Source: Macrostomum lignano (Eukaryota). Taken from it: a DNA stretch of 64,000 nucleotides. The stretch covers positions 39,487 through 103,486 of the forward strand of contig NIVC01001260.1 in the NCBI GenBank assembly GCA_002269645.1, written 5' to 3'. Below the pieces are notes generated by a model that was not told the DNA's origin, did not search any database, and worked only from the letters and a program-made list of their open reading frames with translations. A program made the translations under genes and the position numbers. This document shows positions 25,390-37,004 of the stretch, piece after piece. Within the stretch, counting starts at the first letter, position 1, and every line of letters begins with the position of its first letter.

Positions 25390-25911
25390 TGAAGATTGCA
25401 GCTTCCCAAAATTGAACATTGATTCAAAATTGACACATGTGGACACATTCGCATTATTGGTTGCAATTTACATGTAACATTTGATAATGTATTTTTCGAA
25501 GTCAATTCCTGGTGATATTTGTTGCTGGCTGTGACTTTTAGCCTTCATCCGCTAATCTGATTAAATTTGCTATTTGGAAAGGTGCTTTGCATTCTTTTGA
25601 TTGCCAATCAATTTTAAAAGCTTTATAAACATTAACTGATTGATAATTTGATGACTGTTTTCTATTCGCTATTGCCAGTTTGTTTATTAAATCTTTTAAT
25701 TTACTTATTAAGCACTAAATTATTTTTAATGATTCTTAGGGGTGAGATTTCGGATCCAATGATTCTTAGGGGTGAGATTTCGGCTCTATTGGTTATATTG
25801 GGGTGAGATTCTCGTCTTCTAGGAATTCAATTACTTTAAATGAGAATTTAAGATGCAAGATTTTCATAATTGAAAACCAGAGCGCATCCATAATGAATTT
25901 CAGCAAGCAAT

Positions 25912-27483
25912 ATGTCTTCCAGTCTAGCCTCGAAAGTTTCGGAAAAAGAAATTATTGAGAAAGGACGCTCTCTGCTGCAATCCGAAATTAGTAGCTTGTT
26001 TCAGTCTAAAGAGACTGCAGCTTCTGTAATGCAGCTGGTTGATGTTTTGATGGCGTCTGAGTTAAAGGTAATTAAAAACTTTACCCAGTCCTGGTTACGT
26101 CGTAAGTACTTGAAAATTTTATTAAACAATCAATATCAACTCTTTATTCTAGAAGCATCCTCAGTCAAAGTCGTCACCAGAACGTCTCGCCGTAACCGCT
26201 GAACCATCTAACAATTCTCTTGAATCCCAGGAATTGGAAAAGCAGTTAAAAGATAATACAGATGTGAGTCATTTTGTTGTTTTGACACTAATACTACCTC
26301 AGCCAATTAGAAGGCTTCATTTGGCACCCACAGTACTCCAGCCAATAAGAAAGCTCCAGTTGAACACCCAGTCCACTCCAGCCAATTAGAAAGCTGCCTT
26401 CGGACAACTATTCCACTCCAGCTATTCAGAGAGCTCCATTTGGACACCCACCCCACTCCAGCCAATTAGAGAGCTCTATTTGGACACCAACCCTACTCCA
26501 AGCTATTAAAAAGCTTTATAGCTAACTTAACAGGGAACAGTCATACAGCTTTTCAATAGCTTTTAATAGCTTTCAACTTTAGGGACTTATCCCTAAGGTA
26601 TCTTTTTCTCATCTTATTGATAATTAAATATTGATTACAATTGGACATTTATGCTATCAATCAACTCATTTTTGCGCAGCTATCCCTGGCTAATCAACAG
26701 TGGCTAGAATTTTGGCAGCGTCAGCGCGCTGATTGGCAGCGAGAATCGGACGAATTTGATAATCTTCAGGCAGAAGTGCACCGCTACTTGAAGGAATTAA
26801 ATGGTTTTGGAGCAACAGATAACGTTTCAGTGGAAACAGGAAATACCGGTCCAACCGGAAGTACCGGTCCATCCGGAAGTACCGGTCCAACCGGAAGTGC
26901 CGGTCCAACCGGAAGTACCGGTCCAACCGGAAGTGCCGGTCCAACCGAAAGTACCGGTGCAACCGGAAGTACCGGTCCAACCGGAAGTACCGGTCCAATT
27001 GGAAGTGCCGGTCCAACCGGAAGTACCGGTAAATTCAGAAGTGCCATTGGAACCGGAAGTGCCATTGGAACCGGAAGTGCCATTGAAACCGGAAATGAAA
27101 CTAAAACAGAGCTCGAATCTCCATCGAATTCAGTCGAATCTCTCCGCCAGGAAATCGATCGCCTATCGATCGGTCTGGCATCGGCGACAAGTCGACGCGC
27201 CGAACTCGAGCTCGAACGCTCGCGCCTACTGGCCGAGGCGAACGCCTCGCGCGCCAAATTCGAAGACGAACGACGCCAGCGCGAGTCTGCGCACGAGGCG
27301 CTCGACGCGTTGCGCGAGAATTATTTTAATAGCGCAGCCGCCGCCGCCGCTCCGGTGCCGCCACCGCGGATGAAGCGGAACGCGGAAGCTGCAGCATCGC
27401 CTGCTCAGATTTTACCGCCGCAGAAGCCGCTGCCGCCGTGTCCTTCGGCCCCGCGTCGATCCTGGCTTCCATTAAAACCTTGA
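25912..27483 (+). CDS. Orphan coiled-coil protein with internal Gly-X-Y (GPT/GST) repeat (exons 25912-26067, 26153-26263, 26680-27483; ~356 aa)
   Basis: Three phase-0 exons with AAG|GTAATT, TTCTAG|, GAT|GTGAGT and GCGCAG| sites. Helical/charged segments flank an 18-bp coding repeat. Confidence 0.7.
26300..26510. repeat. Imperfect ~38-bp repeat (CCACTCCAGCCAATTAGAGAGCTCCATTTGGACACCCA-like) in intron 2 of the coiled-coil gene
   Basis: About 5 degenerate copies. Confidence 0.75.
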
Positions 27484-27602
27484 AGTGCCGAAAGGCCTTG
27501 CAGGCCAGAATCACAGATGCTAGAATAACTAGTTGGGCCACTCAGCACATTTGCGTGTAAGCTACTTTCAGTTCAGTAGCTAGTTAAACGGAAGCATTTT
27601 AA

Positions 27603-27896
27603 TGTATTTTTAAAGCCAAGGTTCATTTATTGCCCGTAAGCGTGCCCCTTAACGGGGTGACGTTTACGGTTGTTAATGACCGGTCGGGCACCGCTCCTTT
27701 GCGCTCTCCCCCCTGCCCTGGCCGCTTTGTGCTCCGTGCGTACTCTCTCTCCCCCCTTCGCTCCCCCTCCCCCTCCGTCTCTCTGCCCCGCGCGCACCCA
27801 CCCCCCGCTCTGGTTTTATAGGCTGCTCGCGTGGTTACCCCCCACTTAAACCTCCAACCGCGCCTTTTCACGCTACCCCCGCCCCGCCCCACCCCA
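27603..27896 (-). promoter_or_regulatory. GC-rich promoter-like or solo-LTR-like cassette (GC boxes, TATAAAA, downstream AATAAA)
   Basis: On the minus strand: GGGGCGGGGCGGGG ~27890, CCTATAAAACC ~27820, AATAAA ~27630; TG...CA ends possible but no TSD. Confidence 0.35.
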
Positions 27897-28666
27897 ATTT
27901 TTATTGCCTTAACTCAGAATTCCAGCCTAAGGCTGCCATGTACATTTCAGAGGCTAAATGTACATTATTTCTGAACCTGTTTACGCCTGCAAGCTTGGCC
28001 TTCTAAACTTATCAAAGTCATTTCAGCTGCCTTTTTTATAAAATAGCTTCTGTATTCGTCTTTGCTACTGAACTGATAGTAGAAAGCTGTTTTACTAAGC
28101 ATACAGCCCATCTAGTTATTTTAGTATCTGTGGCCAGAGTTTATAATGAAATCTGATAAACAACAGAAAAAGCATCGCTTCAGCTGAGACACTACCGTCA
28201 GCCCCCCTGAACCACTTTCTACCCCCATCAATATTGTGTACTTTTTCGTCCTTTTTACACAACATGCCGACATCCTTTGTTGGATTGCAAACTCTAGTTA
28301 AACTGTCTCTAGTTCATTCTTAAACCTTTTTATTGAAGAGTTTTCAACTTTTTAAACAGTTAGTCAACGTCTTCTGCTTCCTGTGCGCTTCGATTTAAAA
28401 TCCGGCTATAAGCACAGCTATTTATCTATAATTATACTATTTATGTATTTTTATCTTACATTCAATGTAAGATTGGTGGCGAAATGTACACTGACACTGA
28501 TAAAATAAAGTTAATAATTTTAAGCTTCGATTTCTAATCATAAACGCGTACGACTAAGTTTGTACTTAAATTCGTTATTTATTTTTGCAACGCAACTGTT
28601 GCACAAATTACGCAACGCTATACTATTCAGGTTCCGAAAAGACAGCCAGAATCCAGTAAACTCCAC

Positions 28667-29805
28667 TCAGATAAGCATCTCGATTTCCTTGACTGAATAG
28701 TAGTAGCCAAATGGAAAGTACCAGTTGATTCCCACGGCGAACTCTTCCGTGTGCAGAGCAGCGGGTGGATAAAAGTACAAACCGTTTGGATTCGTCCTGT
28801 GGCACGCCGAGTACCACCAACTTCCGCGGAACTTCTTGGCGCAGTTCCGCATCGATACGTCATTGTCCTTGTCGTGGGTGCTGAACTTCATCCCGTTGCA
28901 CCAGGTCATGCAGTCTCCCAGACTCGGGTGGCTGCCATGGAAACCGGAGACATTCAACCGGAACTTGTCGGCCTCGCTGGCCACGGAGAAGCTGGAGTAG
29001 TCGGCCCAGAGCTCCGTGCCATTCCACAGCTTCATTCGCATGCGAAGTGCTCGACCAGACGGCCAGGTCAGAGAGTGCACAGCTCGCAGACCTGCAGTTG
29101 TCAAGCACAGCTCAATGCTGAGCAGCTCACAGCCACAGGAGGCCAGCGCTATCAAAAAGTGCATCAATACCGTCATGACCGCACTGCACTGCACTCACCG
29201 AGCCAGTGGTTCGTGTGGGCTCCCTCTCCGAAGCCGGCTGCGTACTCGGTCCAGTTGCGATAGAAGTCTGTCGAGTTGTCCACCCGACGCTGGATGCTGA
29301 TCCAGCAGTCGCTGAGTGACGTCACAAACACCTGCAGTGAGGCATTGAGAGCTGCGGTCAGGCAAGTGCTGTCAGTTACCTGGCTGTCAGGTGAGTCAGC
29401 GCACGCTTGCTACTCACCCTGATGCAGCACGGAGACTGGTGAGTGTGAGGCGTCAGTCTGCGACACACAGCGCCACTTCGGTTTGCTGGAATGCGAATGA
29501 GCTCAGCAGGGTGAGCAGCTTCATCAGGTTTAAGGCATCGAGCATGCAGCCAAGACTCACTCACCCACGATGCACTGGGGCTGCTGAGCACCGTCTCGAG
29601 GGATGAAGACCAGCAGCTGGTGAGCGAGCAGGTGCTTGGCAGCCTGTGCAGCGCACTGCAGCACATCGCTGGCTTGGCTGATGGAGGAGACGAGGAAGTG
29701 GCGGACTCGACCGCCCGACCAGCTGCTGCTGTGCACCTCATTGAGGATGACAGCAGCAGAAGTTGTTGTCAAGGCAACTGTTAGGAATGCCAGCAGTTGA
29801 TTCAT
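28667..29805 (-). CDS. FReD paralogue C, apparently intact
   Basis: Exons 29805-29565, 29485-29418, 29331-29199, 29091-28667; FSTHDKDND, GSWWYSAC, TNPNGLY. Confidence 0.88.
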
Positions 29806-30535
29806 TGTTGGGAAATCGAAAACGTGTTTGGCTGAAGGGTGCGATTTTGCGCTGCAGCTGCAGTCTACGCTCGAAGTCCTTGGAGTTCTGCAGCTCTTCG
29901 GAGCTTCCTGGATGGAGTCCCGTTTTTAACAGACAATTTGCTGCCATTCGCTGCGTGTTCTACTAACATCCTTGTTTGTTATTGGCCCTCTTCTTGTGCC
30001 AAGAATATTTTATCAGTGATATGCGCTGTTTTGCTGACACTGTTGGATCTTTACTTTTTATTGATAATTTTTAGCTCTTCTGTCCTACTCGAAGCCAGTG
30101 AAGCTGTCATGATAGAAACCTTTTATGACAAGCGTAGCAATTCGTTATAGGAGCATCTGGCCTCTGAAGTGCATTTTTTATTAGTTTACTCGTATTACTT
30201 GTTTTTTTAGCAATCATCATATTCTACAGAATTGATAATTTTTTACATCTGTTAGTCGTGCAGCTGTGTAACCTCCTGCTGTCAACAACCCTTTCTCACT
30301 GGCAGTTTTGACTGGCATTGCGCCGTAGGCTTTTTCTTCTCGCCTGGTATTTCTCAAGCCTTATTATTTTTCTTTATCAAATCGACTTGACAAATTGCGC
30401 AAATTTAGGAATAAATATAATGACAGTAGCCAGCAGTTTAAGGACTTGTTTCCCTTCAAACGCTTGTCCGTCTCTACAAGATGTTTTGCTACAGCAAATA
30501 AAATATACAAGAAAGACGATAATTAGTATTCAAAT

Positions 30536-30813
30536 TCAGCTCCTGTAACTATAATTCCGCAAAACCAGCAGCGCAGCGGCTTGGCGACAGGTTGATTCAG
30601 CAGCACCGAGGCAGCTGCTATTCGCTTTGCTGGTGCTCTCATTAGGCATGGACTTTTTCCTGTCCGATCTGCTTGGTGAAGCTGCAGCCTCTCTGTTGCT
30701 ACTGTTGTTAGTAGTCTCTCCAGGTCGCAAAGCTGTGCTAATTCTTCTGCCAATTTTTATCAGTCCGTCCTTGATGCTGGATCGACGTTTTACAGTTATT
30801 GGTGTTGAGGCTG
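30536..30813 (-). pseudogene. 5'-truncated, internally deleted copy of the disordered-protein gene at 35911-37004
   Basis: STPITVKRRSSIKDGLIKIGRRISTALRPG...KKSMPNESTS is near-identical to the 36667-36480 region; its 5' half is replaced by the LINE tail. Confidence 0.85.
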
Positions 30814-33572
30814 CTTGACTTGACTTTGACTTAGCTGCAGGGCTGTTCCGGAGGGGACACAGTGGGAAGGCGCAGACGCCCATTCCGCTGATCCCTGAAC
30901 GGCCGACGCGTCGCTATGGACGAAGGGTTGGCGCCGCCCAGGGAGGTCTCTGGTGTCGCAGCAGCTATGGTGCTCTCTGGAAAGGAGAGTTCAGCCCTGC
31001 GGGTGGCCCGGAGGTAGCGCATGATGCTCTCTGGCTCTCATGCTATCTGGACCTGGAACAACGTCGGAGTAGCGTTGTCTAAGCTGATTAAAATTTTCGG
31101 TTTTGCTCGCTTCAGTAATTGATGTGTGTGGCCCGAGGTAAGTGAGTCTGGCTCGCATGAAGGCGGGACAGATGCTGACGAAATGTTCAGCGGTTTCGTC
31201 ACCTGAGTTGCAAAAACTGCAGATGACGTTGGTGGTATTGCCCTGCAAGTACTGGTGCCTCGAAAAGCAGTCGTGACCTGAGAGGGTCATGTTGGCAGCC
31301 CGGATGTCTCTTTACGAGAGGCGCAAGAGGAGCTTCCGGAGCTGGTGAGAGGGCTGAGGGACAGCGCCTCTGGATTGCCTGCATGGAGTACAGTTCGACC
31401 AGGTCGAGCGGTGCTGGGTCCTGATCAACGCTTTGATGCGCGAGTCGATGACACAGCCAGGAATTGGGACAAGGGGTTCGGGACAGAGAGGAGCCGGAGG
31501 CACCAACTTTTGCAAGGGCGTCAGCCAACTCATTCCCTCGGATCCCCACATGCCCCGGAACCCACTTAAGGGTGATTTTGTTGGTGGAACCCAACATGTT
31601 GATGAGTTTGATACAGTCGAGGACTGTAGCAGAATTGACGCTGCAGCCACTGATGACGTGCAAGGCAGCTTGGCTGTCCGAATGGAAAATGATGTTCTAC
31701 CGGTTACGCCAGTGGCGAGAAGCTCTGCATTGCAAGAGCTGATGGCGAGAACTTCATTTTGGAAGACACTGGAGTTGACCCCAGTGTACTGAGCGTTGGT
31801 TGCGATGACCCGCCCGTTCAGGAAGATCCCAACACCAAAGCCGGTGTTGACTGACTGCTTAGAACCGTCGGTGTAGCAATGGAGCTCACCAGGGTTCCAG
31901 TGGTCATTGATGGTATCGCGCGGGTCGATAGCTACAGAGTAGCGTTGTCTCAGGTTGAGCGTTGAGGCAGTGCCATCGGTGAAGACGCGATTGGCCTGAC
32001 ACTCGTTGAGAAAGTTGAGGCACAGGTCGCTATGCGGGACGAGGTTCCGCTTAGCAGGTGCCCTCATGTAGAGGAATTCGACGCCGGCATCAAGTAAACA
32101 CCGCGTCGCTCTAGCCGCCTCACACCTGACGAAGAGGTCGAGTGGCGGTAGAACAAGGAAGGCCCCAGCAAAGGGTGTGGGCCTGGTGGCATTGCAGATA
32201 AGCCTACACGCCTTGCCCTAGATCGTGTTGAGCAAATCTGCATGGCTTTTGACCTGGGTGGCGCTGACCCAGACAACATAAGCGTACCTAATGGCAGGTC
32301 TAACCACGGAAGTGTAGATCCACCAAATACGCTTTGGGGATAAACCCCATGAAGTGCCAAGTGCCCACCGAGCTGGGCCAGGATGGCTGAGGCACGCTTG
32401 GCTTTTGCTTTCACGTGGAAGGACCAGTTGAGCCGGTGGTCTAGTATAACCCCGGGACATCTGGTCTGTTGCGAGAAGACAATATCTCTGCCGCATAGCT
32501 GCAGAGGCCTTATTCAGCGTATTCGATTGGTGAACATAATGGCAACAGCTTTGGGGCTCAGAGAGTTCCAAACCGTTGTCATTGGCCCAGGATTCTGCTT
32601 TGCGGATAAAGCTCTGCATCAGATCCCTGAGCGTGCTGGGGGACGGCCCAGCCACAATGGCAGTGACGTCGTCAGCATACCCGACTTTGAAGACGGGATC
32701 AGGTCGGGAGTCGCCCAGAAGAGCGTCCATGACCAGGTTTCAGAGCGTCGGGGTGAGGAATCCGCCTTGGGGTCCACCCTTACAGACTCTGGTGGAGGCA
32801 GTTTGCCCTAGGAGTTGGGCAGTGACCGTACGGTTAGAGATCATGTACATGATCCACCGTATGAGGGTAGCGTGAGCTTTGCGGTTTTGATGGGCCCTCT
32901 GAAACGCTTCAAAGAAAACGTTGTCTAAGGCGCCAACAATGTCGAGAAAAAGAGCCAGGGCGTAACCGTCACCCAGTACCGCCCGTTCAATCTTCTCGAC
33001 TATCGCATGCAGGGCGCTGTCAGTCGACCTCCCGGTACGGAAGGCGTGCTGATGATTGCTGAGGGGCATCGCTGTCAGCTCGCAAGAAAGCAGCCGCCAG
33101 AGAATAAGCCTCTCAGTGAGCTTAAGCATTGCTTATGTTAAGCTAATTGGCCTGAAGGCCTTGACGCTCTGGTAGTCACCCTTCCCAGGTTTGGGAATGA
33201 AGACTACCCGAGCTTCAGTCCAGCACTTGGGCACATACCCCAGCTGGATAGAGGCCCGCTGGATAAATTGCGGGTAAGTCTAAGAACGAGGGTATCTTGG
33301 CTACTTCACGGAGAACAGGGTAGATACCGTCGGGACCAGGAGATTAGAAAAGCTTGAAGGCTCTGACTGCACGAGTGATTTAATCTTGTTGGGTTGGGTT
33401 CCGATCTATAGCAGTGGGTACCCTCGGGAAGAATGTACTCCTGGGTCCTCCTGGTCCTCCAGAGAATCCTCAGGGTCCCGGTCTTCATGCACTGTGATGG
33501 AGGCTTTTGGCCTTCCGCCTGAGTTTCCCCAGCTCCGGGTTCCACCACGGCGCCGAGGTCTTGCCTCTGTAG
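30814..33572 (-). mobile_element. 5'-truncated, decayed non-LTR retrotransposon with RT, RNase H and C-terminal CCHC (I-group, LOA/R1-like)
   Basis: PWWNPEL, VFIPKPGK..KAFRPISLT, FLDIVGALD, PQGG, GYADD, RNase H YTDGSK..FQNEV, CSFCNSGDETAEHFVSICP. Stops and frameshifts; short (TCAAG)n 3' tail; APE endonuclease absent. Confidence 0.92.
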
Positions 33573-33769
33573 CCGGCTATAAGCACAACTATTTATCTAT
33601 AATTATGCTATTTATTTTTAATCTTATATTTAATGTAAGATTGGTGGCAAAATGTACACTGATAATATATATATTTCTTAATTTTAGGCTTCGGTTTCTA
33701 ATCATCGTAAGCACGTACGGCTAATTTTCGTATTTGGATTCGCTATTTACTCTCGTATTAACGAGCTAT

Positions 33770-35001
33770 TTATTTATTTATTTCGATGCACCCGTTGCAC
33801 AAATTACGCAACGCTTTAGTATTCGGGTTCCGAAAAGATAGCCAGAATCCAGTAAACTCCACTCTGACGAGCATCTCGATTTCCTTGACTGAATAGTAGT
33901 AGCCAAATGGAAAGTACCAGTTGATTCCCACGGCGAACTCTTCCGTGTGCAGAGCAGCGGGTGGATAAAAGTACAAACCGTTTGGATTCGTCCTGTGGCA
34001 CGCCGAGTACCTCCAACTTCCGCGAAACTGTTTGGTGCAGTTCCGCATCGATGCGTGATTGTCCTTGTCTTGGGTGCTGAACTTCATGCCATTGTGCTAG
34101 GCCATGCAGTCTCCAACGCTAGGGTGGCACGCGGAGAACCCCGAGATGCTCAGCCGGAACTTGTCGGCCTCGCTGGCCACGGAGAAGCTGGAGTAGTCGG
34201 CCCAGAGCTCCGTGCCATTCCACAGCCTCATTCGCATGCGAAGTGCTCGACCAGACGGCCAGGTCAGAGAGTGCACAGCTCGCAGACCTGCAGTTGTCAA
34301 GCACAGCTCAATGCTGAGCAGCTCACAGCCACAGGAGGCCAGCGCTATCAAAAAGTGCATCAATACCGTCATGACCGCACTGCACTGCACTCACCGAGCC
34401 AGTGGTTCGTGTGGGCTCCCTCTCCGAAGCCGGCTGCGTACTCGGTCCAGTTGCGATAGAAGTCTGTCGAGTTGTCCACCCGACGCTGGATGCTGATCCA
34501 GCAGTCGCTGAGTGACGTCACAAACACCTGCAGTGAGGCATTGAGAGCTGCGGTCAGGCAAGTGCTGTCAGTTACCTGGCTGTCAGGTGAGTCAGTGCAC
34601 GCTTGCTACTCACCCTGATGCAGCACGGAGACTGGTGAGTGTGAGGCGTCAGTCTGCGACACACAGCGCCACTTCGGTTTGCTGGAATGAGAATGAGCTC
34701 AGCTGGGTGAGCAGCTTCATCAGGTTTAAGGCATCGAGCATGCAGCCAGGACTCACTCACCCACGATGCACTGGGGCTGCTGAGCACCGTCTCGAGGGAT
34801 GAAGACCAGCAGCTGGTGAGCGAGCAGGTGCTTGGCAGCCTGTGCAGCGCACTGCAGCACATCGCTGGCTTGGTTGATGGAGGAGACGAAGAAGTGGCGG
34901 ACTCGACCGCCCGACCAGCTGCTGCTGTGCACCTCATTGAGGATGACAGCAGCAGAAGTTGTTGTCAAGGCAACTGTTAGGAATGCCAGCATTTGATTCA
35001 T
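33770..35001 (-). pseudogene. FReD paralogue D with in-frame TAG (34099-34097, where paralogue C has Trp), WW>WR change and loss of the normal stop (extended tail)
   Basis: Exons 35001-34761, 34681-34614, 34527-34395, 34287 onward; reads ...DCMA*HNGMKFSTQDKDN... Confidence 0.85.
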
Positions 35002-35910
35002 TGTTGGGAAATCGAAAACGTGTTTGGCTGAAGGGTGCGAATTTGCGCTGCAGCTGCAGTCTACGCTCGAAGTCCTTGGAGTTCTGCAGCTCTTCGGAGC
35101 TTGCTGGAATCCCGTTTTTATCAGAATTTGCTGCCATTCAATGCGCGTTCAGCTAACATCCTTGTGATTGGTCTGCAGCCCTTGGCCTTCTTCTTTTGGC
35201 AGGAATTTTTTTCAGTAATGCGCCATGTTGACACTGCTGGCTGCTAACTTCTTGTTTCTACCATTTATTTTTTTGGTCTCCGTCTTACTCTTGGCAATTT
35301 GACGCTGTCGATAATAGCTGTTACCTGTTATTTTTTTTTACAAGAGTAGCAGTTTTTATACATGCATGTACCTGGTCCCCTTTTTGTGTATTTATCGTGT
35401 TTTCTAGAATTTATCGGATGTTATATTCTATCAACCCCCCTGCTTTCAAAAATCTCTTTTTCATTTGCAGTTTTGACTGGCGCCCTGTACTCTATGTTCT
35501 TGCCTCTCAGTTGTCAAGTTTTCATATCCACTTGCCTTATGATTTCGAGAATTGAAGAACCCCATGACAGCTAGTATTTGTTTAAAGACTTCTTTCTCTT
35601 CAGACGCTTTTCACGTCACGTTTCTAACGGATCTGTTGCAACAGCAAATAAAAGATACAAGAAATGTTATTATTTAATGAGCACTAAGAATCGTTAAATT
35701 GTTATTATAAAATCTTGTAAAATTAGAGGTCTACTATAAGTAGTCAAGAGGAGCATATCTACTTACTTTTGCCTATTACGAATCTCGTTATTAAATTATA
35801 TACTCTTTTGGCTTGCTAGGCCAAATGTTCGCGAATGGGTTTTTTACGAGTGTAGAATTAAAAGCAGATTCAGCTCTGGATACTTTGATTCCGCAAGATC
35901 AGTTTCAATC

Positions 35911-37004
35911 TCACACCATCGTGCGTCGTCTCAGTGGCGTCTTATCCGACGTCATCGCTCGGGCCGAGGCGGCGGCGGCAGCTGCGACGGCTAAAGTCGC
36001 CGCGGACTCCTGATGCTGCTGCAGCCTTGGGGCTGGTGTCGGCTTGAGTGCAGTCGGACTTCTGAAAAAAGGATTGAATCAAGTCAACTTGGTAAAGAAT
36101 TTGTGCTGCGTTCCAATTGCATCGGATAGATAGATGAAGTCTAAAGTCCTCATGCGAGCTAAATTGTGGGCGCCGTGGCTCCGGAAACGCCTCTTAGGGA
36201 AGCAAACAACGCTGAGGTAATTCTGCCCATTCTGCTGATTCTTGAGCGCCGATAGTGTACACACACTCACACAGGGTGTACATTGGCCCCGACTCTCTTA
36301 TCGTCAGGCATGTACACACTCTGTGCCTTGAGAGTTGGCCATCATGGGTGCAAGTCGCGCGCGTTTACCGCTAACGCCATTCGCTACCCAACCTGTGCGT
36401 CATCGCCGATGTACAGTCTCAAGCCCCATCAATCTCACCCGGCAACGCCCTGGCGATAGGTTGATTCGGTTGCAGCACCGGGGCTGGTGCTCTCATTAGG
36501 CATGGACTTTTTTCTGTCCGATCTGCTTGGTGAAGCTGCAGCCTCTCTGTTGCTACTGTTGTTAGTAGTCTCTCCAGGTCGCAAAGCTGTGCTAATTCTT
36601 CTGCCAATTTTTATCAGTCCGTCCTTGATGCTGGATCGACGTTTAACAGTTATTGGCGTTGACGCTGGTGTTGCAGCTTTCACTGGAGATCGCATGGAAT
36701 GTTCAGTCTTGTTGAACTCGGAGCTGCTAGTGGTTGCCCCGATGGCGATGGCCGCGGCAGATCCGAACCGTCTTGGAGCCGCAAGTTTGGAAGTACTTTG
36801 GCCGACGTTCAAGTCAGTGACTGACGGCGATTGTCGCTGCCGCAACTGCTGCTGCTGCTGCGCCAGGAAACCCAACCGATTGTACTTTTCTATCAGGTAT
36901 TGAACCCTTGGTGGGGTGGAGTATTCTTCGTCTTCGCGTCGCTGGTCGATTAGTCGGTTCGGCTGCTGCAGCTGTGGCGGTTCTGGCAGTTTCCTTCCAG
37001 TCAT
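35911..37004 (-). CDS. Orphan low-complexity/disordered protein (exons 37004-36439, 36061-35911; ~238 aa)
   Basis: Donor GG|GTGAGA at 36438 and acceptor TTTTTTCAG ending 36062 give a phase-2 join, continuing SPTALKPTPAPRLQQHQ...RRRTMV*. Confidence 0.65.
36190..36345 (-). mobile_element. Diverged partial second copy of the SINE at 22819-23178
   Basis: GCCAACTCTCAAGGCACAGAGTGTGTACATGCCTGACGATAAG...TGTACACCCTGTGTGAGTGTGTG...GAATGGGCAG aligns by eye with the SINE body. Confidence 0.7.
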
